Assembly (NCBI GenBank): GCA_001314545.1
Contig: LIHN01000001.1
Span: 276,180 to 340,179 of the forward strand
Direction of reading: 5' to 3'
From: Bacteroidetes bacterium HLUCCA01
Lineage (GTDB): Bacteria; Bacteroidota; Rhodothermia; Balneolales; HLUCCA01
DNA: 64,000 bases
The position numbers were made by a program, and so were the translations under genes. The notes beneath the pieces were generated by a model. It did no database searches. It was not told where the DNA came from and was given only the letters and a program-made list of their open reading frames with translations. Below, one piece after another: positions 37,952 to 45,557 of the stretch (its first letter is position 1; every line of letters starts with the position of its first letter).

Positions 37952-38746
37952 TTATTTCTGGGTTTTAGGCTGCTGAATTGCCTTGAGTGCATCTCCGGGA
38001 TGCTCGGCTTTCATAAATTGTTCACCAATAAGAGCCGCGTGTATCCCCTGCCGGGCAAGGAACTGTAGATCAGTATAATCAGACAGTCCGCTTTCAGAAA
38101 CCAGACATACACCGGATGGAGCCTGTTTGAGCAAGCTGACTCCACGGTGAACATCCACTTCAAACGTATTTAAATTCCGGTTATTGACACCCAGAATGCG
38201 GACCGAATCAAAAGTGATTTTGTTGAAATCGTCCTGATCATAACATTCAACAAGACACTCCAGACCCGCTTCTTCAGCAGCGTGGTGAAGCTCATCGAGC
38301 TGCGATGAAGAAAGAATAGCCGCAATTAAAAGCACCGCATCAGCGCCAAATCCACGGGCCTCCTGAATCTGGTAAGGGTCAATGATGAAATCCTTACGCA
38401 GCACAGGGACACGGGCCCGTCTGGCTACGGATTTCATGTAGTTAAGATGACCCTGAAAAAAAGGCTCATCGGTCAGCACCGACAAGGCCGCAGCACCTGC
38501 ATCCATGTACTGTCCAGCAATGGTTTCGGCATCAAAGTTATGACTTATGACCCCCTTCGATGGAGAAGCTTTTTTGATTTCCGCAATGATGCGAACCGGA
38601 TTTTCACCAGATATCAGCGCATCATACAAACTTTTCCGCTCCCGAGCGTAGTCCTCAAAACCCTGGAAATCGGTGTATCCTACTTTTTTTTTCCTGCGAT
38701 GAAGGTCTTCGCGGGTCTGATGTGTGATTTTTTGGAGGATACTCAT
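37952..38746 (-). CDS. trpC: Indole-3-glycerol phosphate synthase
   Basis: IIAEIKKASPSKG, LRKDFIIDPYQI, VNNRNL, SESG. Confidence 0.95.
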   Translation of the reverse strand: MSILQKITHQTREDLHRRKKKVGYTDFQGFEDYARERKSLYDALISGENPVRIIAEIKKASPSKGVISHNFDAETIAGQYMDAGAAALSVLTDEPFFQGHLNYMKSVARRARVPVLRKDFIIDPYQIQEARGFGADAVLLIAAILSSSQLDELHHAAEEAGLECLVECYDQDDFNKITFDSVRILGVNNRNLNTFEVDVHRGVSLLKQAPSGVCLVSESGLSDYTDLQFLARQGIHAALIGEQFMKAEHPGDALKAIQQPKTQK

Positions 38747-39783
38747 GAAAGCGACTCCGAATCAAGCTGGGTTGTGCAGTCAGCAAATGAATTCAGGGCA
38801 TGTAATGCCGCCCCGGTTGCCAGGCTTTCCCGCGCCATACGTTGCGCCTGAATCAACGAATCGGCTTTACCGCTGGCCATTATTCCAAACGCAGCATTGA
38901 GCTCCACAATACCATTCTGTGCGGCAGTTGCCTTATTGCTAAGAATGGCTCTGATAATTGCAGCGTTTTCAGCGGCGTCCCCACCCTTAAATTCACTTTC
39001 ATCAAACATCTGGTAACCCAATTGGGTTGGATCAAAACGGACACCTTCACTTGATACACGATGTTTCATTTCGAAGGTATCGGTCAAAGCTGAAAGGGAT
39101 ACTTCATCCAGCCCGTCATGCGCATGCAGGGTGATTGCGTAGTCAGTGTCCAGGTTTGCCAAAATACGCGACATATCATGGGCTGTCTGCCGATTGTAGG
39201 CACCAATTACCTGCCGTTTAACGCCGGCTGGATTCACCAGCGGACCAAGAATATTGAAAAATGTACGCATGGCCAGGGTCTTCCGGGCCGGCATCACGAA
39301 CTTCATGGCCGGATGAAACAAGGGGGCAAACATGAAGGCCATCCGTGTCTGCTCAAAACAGACTTTTACTTTGGCAGGCTCAAGAGACGGTTGTACACCA
39401 AGCTCCACAAGTACGTCGTAGCTGCCACTTTTACTTGAAATACTTCTGTTTCCATGCTTCAGTACCGGTACGCCGGCCCCGGCTACTACAAACATCGCCG
39501 CTGTCGAGATATTGAATGTACCGGCGTGGTCGCCCCCTGTACCGCACAGGTCAACGGCTCCATCGGTGTTTACATCCAGCTTAACAGCATGATCACGCAT
39601 GGTCTGTACAAAGGCCGTCAGCTCTTCAATGGTCTCCCCTTTTGAGCGCATTCCAAAAAGAAAGGCCGCAATCTGCATGTCGGGCACTTCGCCGTGAAGT
39701 ATCATTTGCAGCGCTGCTGAAGCTTCCCGGCCGGTTAACGCCGTTCGGTCGCTGATTTTGTGCAATATGTCAGAAAAATTCAT
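38743..39783 (-). CDS. trpD: Anthranilate phosphoribosyltransferase
   Basis: DLCGTGGDHAGTFNISTAA, KHGNRS. Confidence 0.95.
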   Translation of the reverse strand: MNFSDILHKISDRTALTGREASAALQMILHGEVPDMQIAAFLFGMRSKGETIEELTAFVQTMRDHAVKLDVNTDGAVDLCGTGGDHAGTFNISTAAMFVVAGAGVPVLKHGNRSISSKSGSYDVLVELGVQPSLEPAKVKVCFEQTRMAFMFAPLFHPAMKFVMPARKTLAMRTFFNILGPLVNPAGVKRQVIGAYNRQTAHDMSRILANLDTDYAITLHAHDGLDEVSLSALTDTFEMKHRVSSEGVRFDPTQLGYQMFDESEFKGGDAAENAAIIRAILSNKATAAQNGIVELNAAFGIMASGKADSLIQAQRMARESLATGAALHALNSFADCTTQLDSESLS

Positions 39784-40343
39784 GCTCGTACCCAGTTCTC
39801 AATTAGTTTTGGCCCCTGTACCGTTAAAATACTTTCCGGATGAAACTGAATCCCCTCCACCGGAAATTCCCGGTGCCTGACGCCCATAATTACACCATCC
39901 GGTGTTGTGGATGAGACTTCAAGCACTTGCGGAAGCGACTCAGGCCGAAGAACCAGCGAATGGTACCGTGTGGCCGTAAATTCCTGCGGGACTCCTGAGA
40001 AAATGGTCTTCTGGTCGTGCCGGATGACCGATGTTTTGCCGTGCATCAGCGAGGGTGCATGAACGACTTCTCCCCCGTAGACCATACCAATGGCCTGGTG
40101 TCCCAGACAAACACCCAGAACGGGTATTTGCGGACCAAAACGGAGTATTAATTGGGGGGTGATTCCCGCGTCTTCGGGTCTGCCCGGTCCCGGAGAAATC
40201 AATATCTTCGAAGGGTTTAACGCGGCGACCTCCTCAAGGGTGATCTTGTCGTTCCGAACCACCGTGAACTGGCTGGTATGACCGGCAACCAGATGTACCA
40301 GGTTGTAGGTAAATGAATCGTAGTTGTCAATAATGAGTATCAT
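39780..40343 (-). CDS. trpG: Anthranilate synthase component II (glutamine amidotransferase)
   Basis: MILIIDNYDSFTYNL, GVCLGHQ, FHPES. ATG 40343 is preferred; the track start at 40385 overlaps trpS. Confidence 0.95.
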   Translation of the reverse strand: MILIIDNYDSFTYNLVHLVAGHTSQFTVVRNDKITLEEVAALNPSKILISPGPGRPEDAGITPQLILRFGPQIPVLGVCLGHQAIGMVYGGEVVHAPSLMHGKTSVIRHDQKTIFSGVPQEFTATRYHSLVLRPESLPQVLEVSSTTPDGVIMGVRHREFPVEGIQFHPESILTVQGPKLIENWVRA

Positions 40344-40353
40344 GCATGCGATA

Positions 40354-41361
40354 TTAAAAGTGCCGTACAATTCCCGTTGCTTCACGAATGGGTTTCATCA
40401 CCGACTCGGCCCGTTCCCTGGCTTTCTCCCCGCCAAGCCGGAGAATGCGATGTACCTCATCCTCGTTTTGAGACAGTATTTTGCGCTCATCTCTGGCTTT
40501 GGCAAAGTATGCATCAACCATGTCAAGCAATGCTTTTTTGGCATGACCGTATCCATAGCCCCCCTCCCGGTACAGTCGTGCGATTTCATTACGGTCGGCA
40601 TCGCTGGCAAACAGGGAGATTAAGGCGAAAACATTGCAGTTTTCCGGGTTTTTGGGATTCTCCAGAGGCGTGGAGTCTGTCTCTATAGACATAACACGTT
40701 TTTTCAGCTCTTTGCCCTCATCAAATATCCCGATGGTGTTGTTGTAGGATTTACTCATTTTACGACCATCGGTGCCGGGTACTGTGGCTACGGCTTTGAT
40801 GATACGCGCCTCGGGAAGCCGAAGTAATTCACGGTTGTATGCCAGATTAAGCTTTACAGCCAGGTCACGGGTGATTTCAATGTGCTGCTTCTGGTCGGCC
40901 CCAACCGGAACAACATCAGCGTGGTAAATCAGAATATCGGCAGCCTGAAGTACAGGATAGGTAAACAGACCGATGTTGGCGGACAACCCCTGTGCTACTT
41001 TGTCTTTGTAGGAAACGGCTTTTTCCATCAGACTAACCGGACACAAACTGCCTAAGATCCAGGCAAGTTCGGTTACCTGAGGTACATCGCTCTGGGCAAA
41101 AAAAGTACATTTGGTGTAATCCAGACCAAGGGCCAGGTAATCCAGTGCGATATCAAGGGTATGCCTGCGCATGAGCTCTCCGTTGTGACGGGAGGTTAAG
41201 GCATGGTAGTTGGCAATAAAAAAATAGGCATCCCCCTGCTGCTGGAGTTCAATATGCTGCTTCATCGCCCCGAAGTAGTTGCCGATGTGCAGCCGGCCGG
41301 ATGGGGTGATACCAGATAAAATGGTTTTCCGGTCGGTAAGCGTTTGTTGTTCTGTTTCCAT
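40354..41361 (-). CDS. trpS: Tryptophan--tRNA ligase
   Basis: SGITPSGRLHIGNYFGA (HIGH) and KMSKS (GRKMSKSYNN), with the ~330-aa class I TrpRS architecture. It lies between trpE and trpG. Confidence 0.95.
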   Translation of the reverse strand: METEQQTLTDRKTILSGITPSGRLHIGNYFGAMKQHIELQQQGDAYFFIANYHALTSRHNGELMRRHTLDIALDYLALGLDYTKCTFFAQSDVPQVTELAWILGSLCPVSLMEKAVSYKDKVAQGLSANIGLFTYPVLQAADILIYHADVVPVGADQKQHIEITRDLAVKLNLAYNRELLRLPEARIIKAVATVPGTDGRKMSKSYNNTIGIFDEGKELKKRVMSIETDSTPLENPKNPENCNVFALISLFASDADRNEIARLYREGGYGYGHAKKALLDMVDAYFAKARDERKILSQNEDEVHRILRLGGEKARERAESVMKPIREATGIVRHF

Positions 41362-41387
41362 GTCTGTTTGATAATCGTACTATTTGC

Positions 41388-42857
41388 TTAAGCGTTCATT
41401 TCAAGAGCAACGGAGAGTGCTTCTACCAGAGCCCGGGCTTTATTTACCGTTTCAGCATATTCATTTTCGGGAACAGAATCAGCCACAATACCGGCTCCTG
41501 CCTGAATGTAAACGGTATCCTGAGTTGCCACCATGGTCCGGATAGCGATGCAGGTGTCCATATTCCCGGAAAAATCAAAATACCCGACTGCCCCCGCATA
41601 CGGTCCTCGTTTTGCTACTTCCATTTCGTCGATGATCTGCATGGCACGTACCTTGGGTGCTCCGCTAACGGTTCCTGCCGGAAAACAATGAATCAGGGCG
41701 TCAACTGCGCTGCGGTCAGCAGCAAGCCGGCCTTCTACATCCGAGACGATGTGCATCACATGCGAGTATCGCTCGATGGCGTGTGATCTGGAAAGCTTCA
41801 CGGTACCCGGGGTGCAGATTCGTGAAAGGTCGTTCCGACCGAGGTCGACCAACATAAGATGTTCGGCCAGCTCTTTCGGATCGTTTATCAGGTCTTTTTC
41901 GTAAGCTTCATCCTCTTGAACCGATTTACCTCTTGGTCGTGTGCCTGCTATAGGCAATACCTCGGCGGTTCCGTGTTGAACCCTGACCAGCACTTCCGGC
42001 GATGAACCGACAAGGGCAAAATCGTGAAAGTCAAGGAAAAACAGGTAGGGGGATGGATTTACCATGCGAAGCGCACGGTAGAGCATAAACTTGTCTCCGG
42101 AATATCCTTTGGCAAACCGCTGGGAGAGCACTACCTGAAAGATATCGCCTTCGTAGATATACTGTTTGGCCTTACGGACCATTTCATGAAACTGCTCACG
42201 TGTTGTGTTACTGACCAGCGGGGCTTCATCCAGGGAAAATGAACCCATGCTAACCTCACGATTGAGTGTCTTTTGCATGGTGTCAAGGCATTCTGTTGCC
42301 TGATCATATTGTTCACGTAAATCTGCGGAGGTGTCAATAAACACCGTTTTAATCATCACAATCTGGTGCTTGACATGATCAAAGGCGTAAATCTGGTCGT
42401 AAAAAGCCCACATAGATTCGGGCAACCCCAACGTATCTTCAGGAACATCGGGCAGGTGTTCGGTATAGCGAATAGTATCATATGATGAATATCCAACAGC
42501 CCCACCGGTGAGTCGTGGCATATTCTCCAGTTCAGGCTCGGTATTTTTACCAATCAAGGAGCGCAATACTTCGTAGAACGGCACGCCCTGATAGCGTGTG
42601 ACATCCCGTGTTACTGTTATCTGTAATTCGGGAACCCCCTTATCCATTTTCAGCACCTGATACGGGTTTACCCCCAAAAAGGAATATCGGGCCAGGTTTT
42701 CTCCCCCCTCAACCGATTCAAACAAAAACGGAAACGAACCTTCTTGTCGTAGTTTAAGAAACAGACTCACCGGTGTGAGGATGTCCGCCATGGCCCGTCT
42801 GGCAACAGGGATGGCGGTAAATTCGCCCGATAAATGTGAAAATTGTTCGAATGTCAT
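41388..42857 (-). CDS. trpE: Anthranilate synthase component I
   Basis: LFESVEGGENLARYSF, PSPYLFF, GAPKVRAMQII, GAGIVADS. ATG 42857 (MTFEQF...) is preferred; the 36-nt track extension runs into the attenuator U-tract. Confidence 0.95.
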   Translation of the reverse strand: MTFEQFSHLSGEFTAIPVARRAMADILTPVSLFLKLRQEGSFPFLFESVEGGENLARYSFLGVNPYQVLKMDKGVPELQITVTRDVTRYQGVPFYEVLRSLIGKNTEPELENMPRLTGGAVGYSSYDTIRYTEHLPDVPEDTLGLPESMWAFYDQIYAFDHVKHQIVMIKTVFIDTSADLREQYDQATECLDTMQKTLNREVSMGSFSLDEAPLVSNTTREQFHEMVRKAKQYIYEGDIFQVVLSQRFAKGYSGDKFMLYRALRMVNPSPYLFFLDFHDFALVGSSPEVLVRVQHGTAEVLPIAGTRPRGKSVQEDEAYEKDLINDPKELAEHLMLVDLGRNDLSRICTPGTVKLSRSHAIERYSHVMHIVSDVEGRLAADRSAVDALIHCFPAGTVSGAPKVRAMQIIDEMEVAKRGPYAGAVGYFDFSGNMDTCIAIRTMVATQDTVYIQAGAGIVADSVPENEYAETVNKARALVEALSVALEMNA

Positions 42858-42873
42858 GATAGTATTGGCTGAA

Positions 42874-42969
42874 TAAAACAAAAAAACCCACAACAGAGAT
42901 CTGATGCGGGTTCGTCAAAAATAATCCGGGTTATAAACACAGCTTATGCGAACCGCTTACTCAGCGGCC
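42874..42969 (-). promoter_or_regulatory. trp attenuator RNA: alternative 1:2 / 2:3 (antiterminator) / 3:4 (terminator) hairpins
   Basis: Coordinates descend on the minus strand. 1:2 is CCGCU (42967-42963) with AGCGG (42957-42953). 2:3 is GCGGUUCG (42956-42949) with CGAACCCGC (42914-42906), 8 bp plus a 1-nt bulge. 3:4 is AACCCGCA (42912-42905) with UGUGGGUU (42892-42885), followed by U7GU4. It ends ~17 nt before the trpE ATG. Confidence 0.8.
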
Positions 42970-43006
42970 ACCACCAATTTGCATTTTGTTGTGCTTTAAA
43001 TTTCAT
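42944..43006 (-). CDS. trpL: trp operon leader peptide MKFKAQQNANWWWPLSKRFA (20 aa, three consecutive Trp codons)
   Basis: My own translation of the minus strand: ATG AAA TTT AAA GCA CAA CAA AAT GCA AAT TGG TGG TGG CCG CTG AGT AAG CGG TTC GCA TAA. The Trp codons are at 42976-42968. It is too short for the ORF track. Confidence 0.8.
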   Translation of the reverse strand: MKFKAQQNANWWWPLSKRFA

Positions 43007-43011
43007 GCGGG

Positions 43012-43042
43012 CAAAATTATACCCTCTTGCTGGCAAAGTCAA
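43012..43042 (-). promoter_or_regulatory. Predicted promoter of the trp leader/operon
   Basis: Minus strand TTGACT (43042-43037), a 17-nt spacer, then TAATTTTG (43019-43012), which overlaps TATAAT (43021-43016). The leader ATG begins 7 nt after TAATTT. Confidence 0.55.
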
Positions 43043-43100
43043 TGAAAATTATTCAACCCGGTAAAAAACTCGCGGATTACCCCTCCGGATACGGACCTGG

Positions 43101-43129
43101 TTGACATTCGCGCGTATCAGGGGTATACT
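43101..43129 (+). promoter_or_regulatory. Predicted promoter of the lipoprotein/BNR/PorV-like operon
   Basis: TTGACA (43101-43106), a 17-nt spacer, TATACT (43124-43129). The TTG of this -35 box is what the ORF track used as a start codon. Confidence 0.55.
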
Positions 43130-43160
43130 TATATGTTTCCCCGAAACCCAACTGCCCGTC

Positions 43161-43994
43161 TTGAAAGCTTCCTTATTTTTCACCGTTGTCCTCGTTCTGA
43201 TCACCGCTTCCTGCTCCGATTTACCCGACCGCGATGATGCAGGTGAACTTCTGCGTATTGAAACGTTGCGTGTCAGCCCGCAGCAGGTGGACTTCACGGC
43301 CGCCGATGGAGCCGTTGACACCACCGTGGTACACACAATCGATATGACCACCAGCGCCCTGAGCAGCGGTACGCTACCGGATAACCTGTCGGTCAGCTAT
43401 CTGTTGCGTGATGCGGCCAGCGGAGCAGTACTTATTGAGGGGTCCAATCCATTACCGGATCCCGTGGGTAGGATCACCACCGAATTTAGCTATATCGTTC
43501 GTACCTTTGATGTGACGGATGTGGATGTGCAGATTTATGTAAGCCAGGGTGACGAACTGGCTTCAAATACAGCCCGTACCACCTTACGCTATCGTGGATT
43601 TCAGCTGGGGGTACCCGAAATACGCTCCACAACAAACCCGGACACGGTGCGCATCCCTGCTGATGGAGCGCAGCCTTCCGGTTTCCGGCTTCAGGCGCTG
43701 GCCACCCACTCCACAGACCAGCAATTACTTGACCGCGTACTGGTTGACATCCGCGATCAAAACAACAACTTTCTTCCCGGTTCTCCTTTCCGTCTCTACG
43801 ACGATGGTAGTCAGAGCGAGCTTCAGGGGGGTACTACCTCCGGCGACCTGATTGCCGGCGACAGTACCTTCACCCGGTTGTTTCAGATAAATTCCGGTAA
43901 CAATCCGGATGTGTATACTTTATTTTACCACGCCGTTGACAATTTCGGCACCAGCAGCGATACGCTTCAATCTACCATGAGATTTATTCGCTAA
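43161..43994 (+). CDS. Lipoprotein, predicted all-beta (two Ig-like domains?), function unknown
   Basis: An in-frame TTG at 43161 gives (M)KASLFFTVVLVLITASCSD, a clean lipoprotein signal plus lipobox. The stop TAA abuts the next gene's ATG. Confidence 0.6.
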   Translation: MKASLFFTVVLVLITASCSDLPDRDDAGELLRIETLRVSPQQVDFTAADGAVDTTVVHTIDMTTSALSSGTLPDNLSVSYLLRDAASGAVLIEGSNPLPDPVGRITTEFSYIVRTFDVTDVDVQIYVSQGDELASNTARTTLRYRGFQLGVPEIRSTTNPDTVRIPADGAQPSGFRLQALATHSTDQQLLDRVLVDIRDQNNNFLPGSPFRLYDDGSQSELQGGTTSGDLIAGDSTFTRLFQINSGNNPDVYTLFYHAVDNFGTSSDTLQSTMRFIR

Positions 43995-45557
43995 ATGAAA
44001 CATGTCTTTCCCGCGCTTCTGCTCCTGTTTTTCATCATACCATCCGCCTATAGTCAGTCGGGCGGTCCGCTGCAGGAACGCATCCAGATATTTTCTCAAA
44101 ACGCCATCTCCAATATCGGTGTCATCGGCGATACCGTTTGGGTCGGACCCCTGCTGGCACGTAACATTGCCAATGAGTTCGACTGGTTTATCCCTGAGAG
44201 CGCAGACTCCGTAAATGACGGCCGTGGCCGACTTTTCTCCATAGCCCTTGCTCCGGATACCGTTGTAGCAGGGCTTGGGTTTAACGATGTGATTGGCGGA
44301 GAATCAGTTCAGACAGCCCAGGGCTTCTACCTCTCCGTTGACGGCGGTGAATCCTGGGAATTTATAAATCCGCCTTTAGACGATACGGAAGCCAATACCA
44401 TACCGTATGGTGGTCAGAATATTTCGGCAATTCCCATCATCGTGCCGCAGCAGTCCCCGCCCTTTAACGTGGCCTTCCGTGGTGACGCTATTTTTGCGGC
44501 TGCCTGGGCATCAGGAATACGGAGATCACTTGATTTCGGACAGACGTGGGACCGAATTCTGCTCCCTCCTTTTGAGCTGGATGAACTTACGCCGGAAGGA
44601 ACCTATGATTTCGTGTTTGACCCCAGGTCGCCATCGCCGGGATCACCCAATGCAGGCAGGTATCCCAACGGATGGCAAAATTTCCTGGGATTCAGCACCC
44701 TGATTGACCGTGACGGCCACGTATGGGCAGGTACAGCCGGTGGAATCAATATTTCAGAAAACGCCCTGAATGCGCCGGCCGACAGCATTCGATGGAGGCA
44801 TATCAGAGCCGGTAGTTCCCGGCAGCAAATGATGGGCAATTGGGTAATTCGGATCCGGGAGAACCCGTCAGACGGCAGCATATGGCTCACCAATTGGATA
44901 ACCAATCCCGGCGAAGGTCAGGGCCTCGTGGTAACATCGGATAAGGGAGTTACGTTTACCCGACATCTGCAGGGAGAACGCATTAACGACGTCAACTTTC
45001 TCGGAGACACAATAGTGGCAGCAGGAAATAGCGGACTGTTCATCAGCACCGACAACGGAAACACCTGGATACGTCAGCCGCAAATCCGCTCAGCCAATTC
45101 ATTTTTGAAAGAGGATGCCCAGTTCCGCAGTGTTGCTGCTGGAAACGAGCGTTTTTGGGTGGGCAGCAGCGACGGTCTTATTACTACCACAGATTACGGA
45201 AACACCTGGGAAATCATCCGTGTCGACTTCCCGCTAGACGGTCGCAATCAATTTCAGGATGAAGCTCCTGCCGTATCCTCGTATGCTTATCCCAATCCGT
45301 TCAGTCCAACCCAGCATGGAATTGTGCGTATACGCTTCAGGTCAGAGCAAGCCGGTCAGGCCGTGATCGAACTTTTTGACTTTGCCATGAATCGAATTGC
45401 CCGCCTTGATCCAGTTGCTTTGTCTGAACCCGGTGTGTACGAAGCGGCATGGAATGGAACGGATGAAAATGGAATACGGGTTGCCAACGGGCCTGTATTT
45501 TACAGGGTTTCCATCCCAGGAGAAACCATCAACGGCAAACTTCTGATGCTTGACTAA
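43995..45557 (+). CDS. BNR/Asp-box beta-propeller protein (Ycf48/sortilin-like) with T9SS-type C-terminal domain
   Basis: Signal peptide ...IIPSAYSQ. Five Asp-boxes: SVDGGESW, SLDFGQTW, TSDKGVTF, STDNGNTW, TTDYGNTW. C-terminus YAYPNPFSPTQHGIVRIRFRSEQAGQAVIELFDFAMNRI...GPVFYRVSI. Confidence 0.75.
   Translation: MKHVFPALLLLFFIIPSAYSQSGGPLQERIQIFSQNAISNIGVIGDTVWVGPLLARNIANEFDWFIPESADSVNDGRGRLFSIALAPDTVVAGLGFNDVIGGESVQTAQGFYLSVDGGESWEFINPPLDDTEANTIPYGGQNISAIPIIVPQQSPPFNVAFRGDAIFAAAWASGIRRSLDFGQTWDRILLPPFELDELTPEGTYDFVFDPRSPSPGSPNAGRYPNGWQNFLGFSTLIDRDGHVWAGTAGGINISENALNAPADSIRWRHIRAGSSRQQMMGNWVIRIRENPSDGSIWLTNWITNPGEGQGLVVTSDKGVTFTRHLQGERINDVNFLGDTIVAAGNSGLFISTDNGNTWIRQPQIRSANSFLKEDAQFRSVAAGNERFWVGSSDGLITTTDYGNTWEIIRVDFPLDGRNQFQDEAPAVSSYAYPNPFSPTQHGIVRIRFRSEQAGQAVIELFDFAMNRIARLDPVALSEPGVYEAAWNGTDENGIRVANGPVFYRVSIPGETINGKLLMLD

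Noticed and set aside
43049-43351. A 100-aa minus-strand ORF spanning the trp/lipoprotein divergent promoter region
   Set aside because: It overlaps both predicted promoters and the 5' end of the lipoprotein gene. The sequence is low-complexity (S/T/R/V-rich) and most likely spurious.
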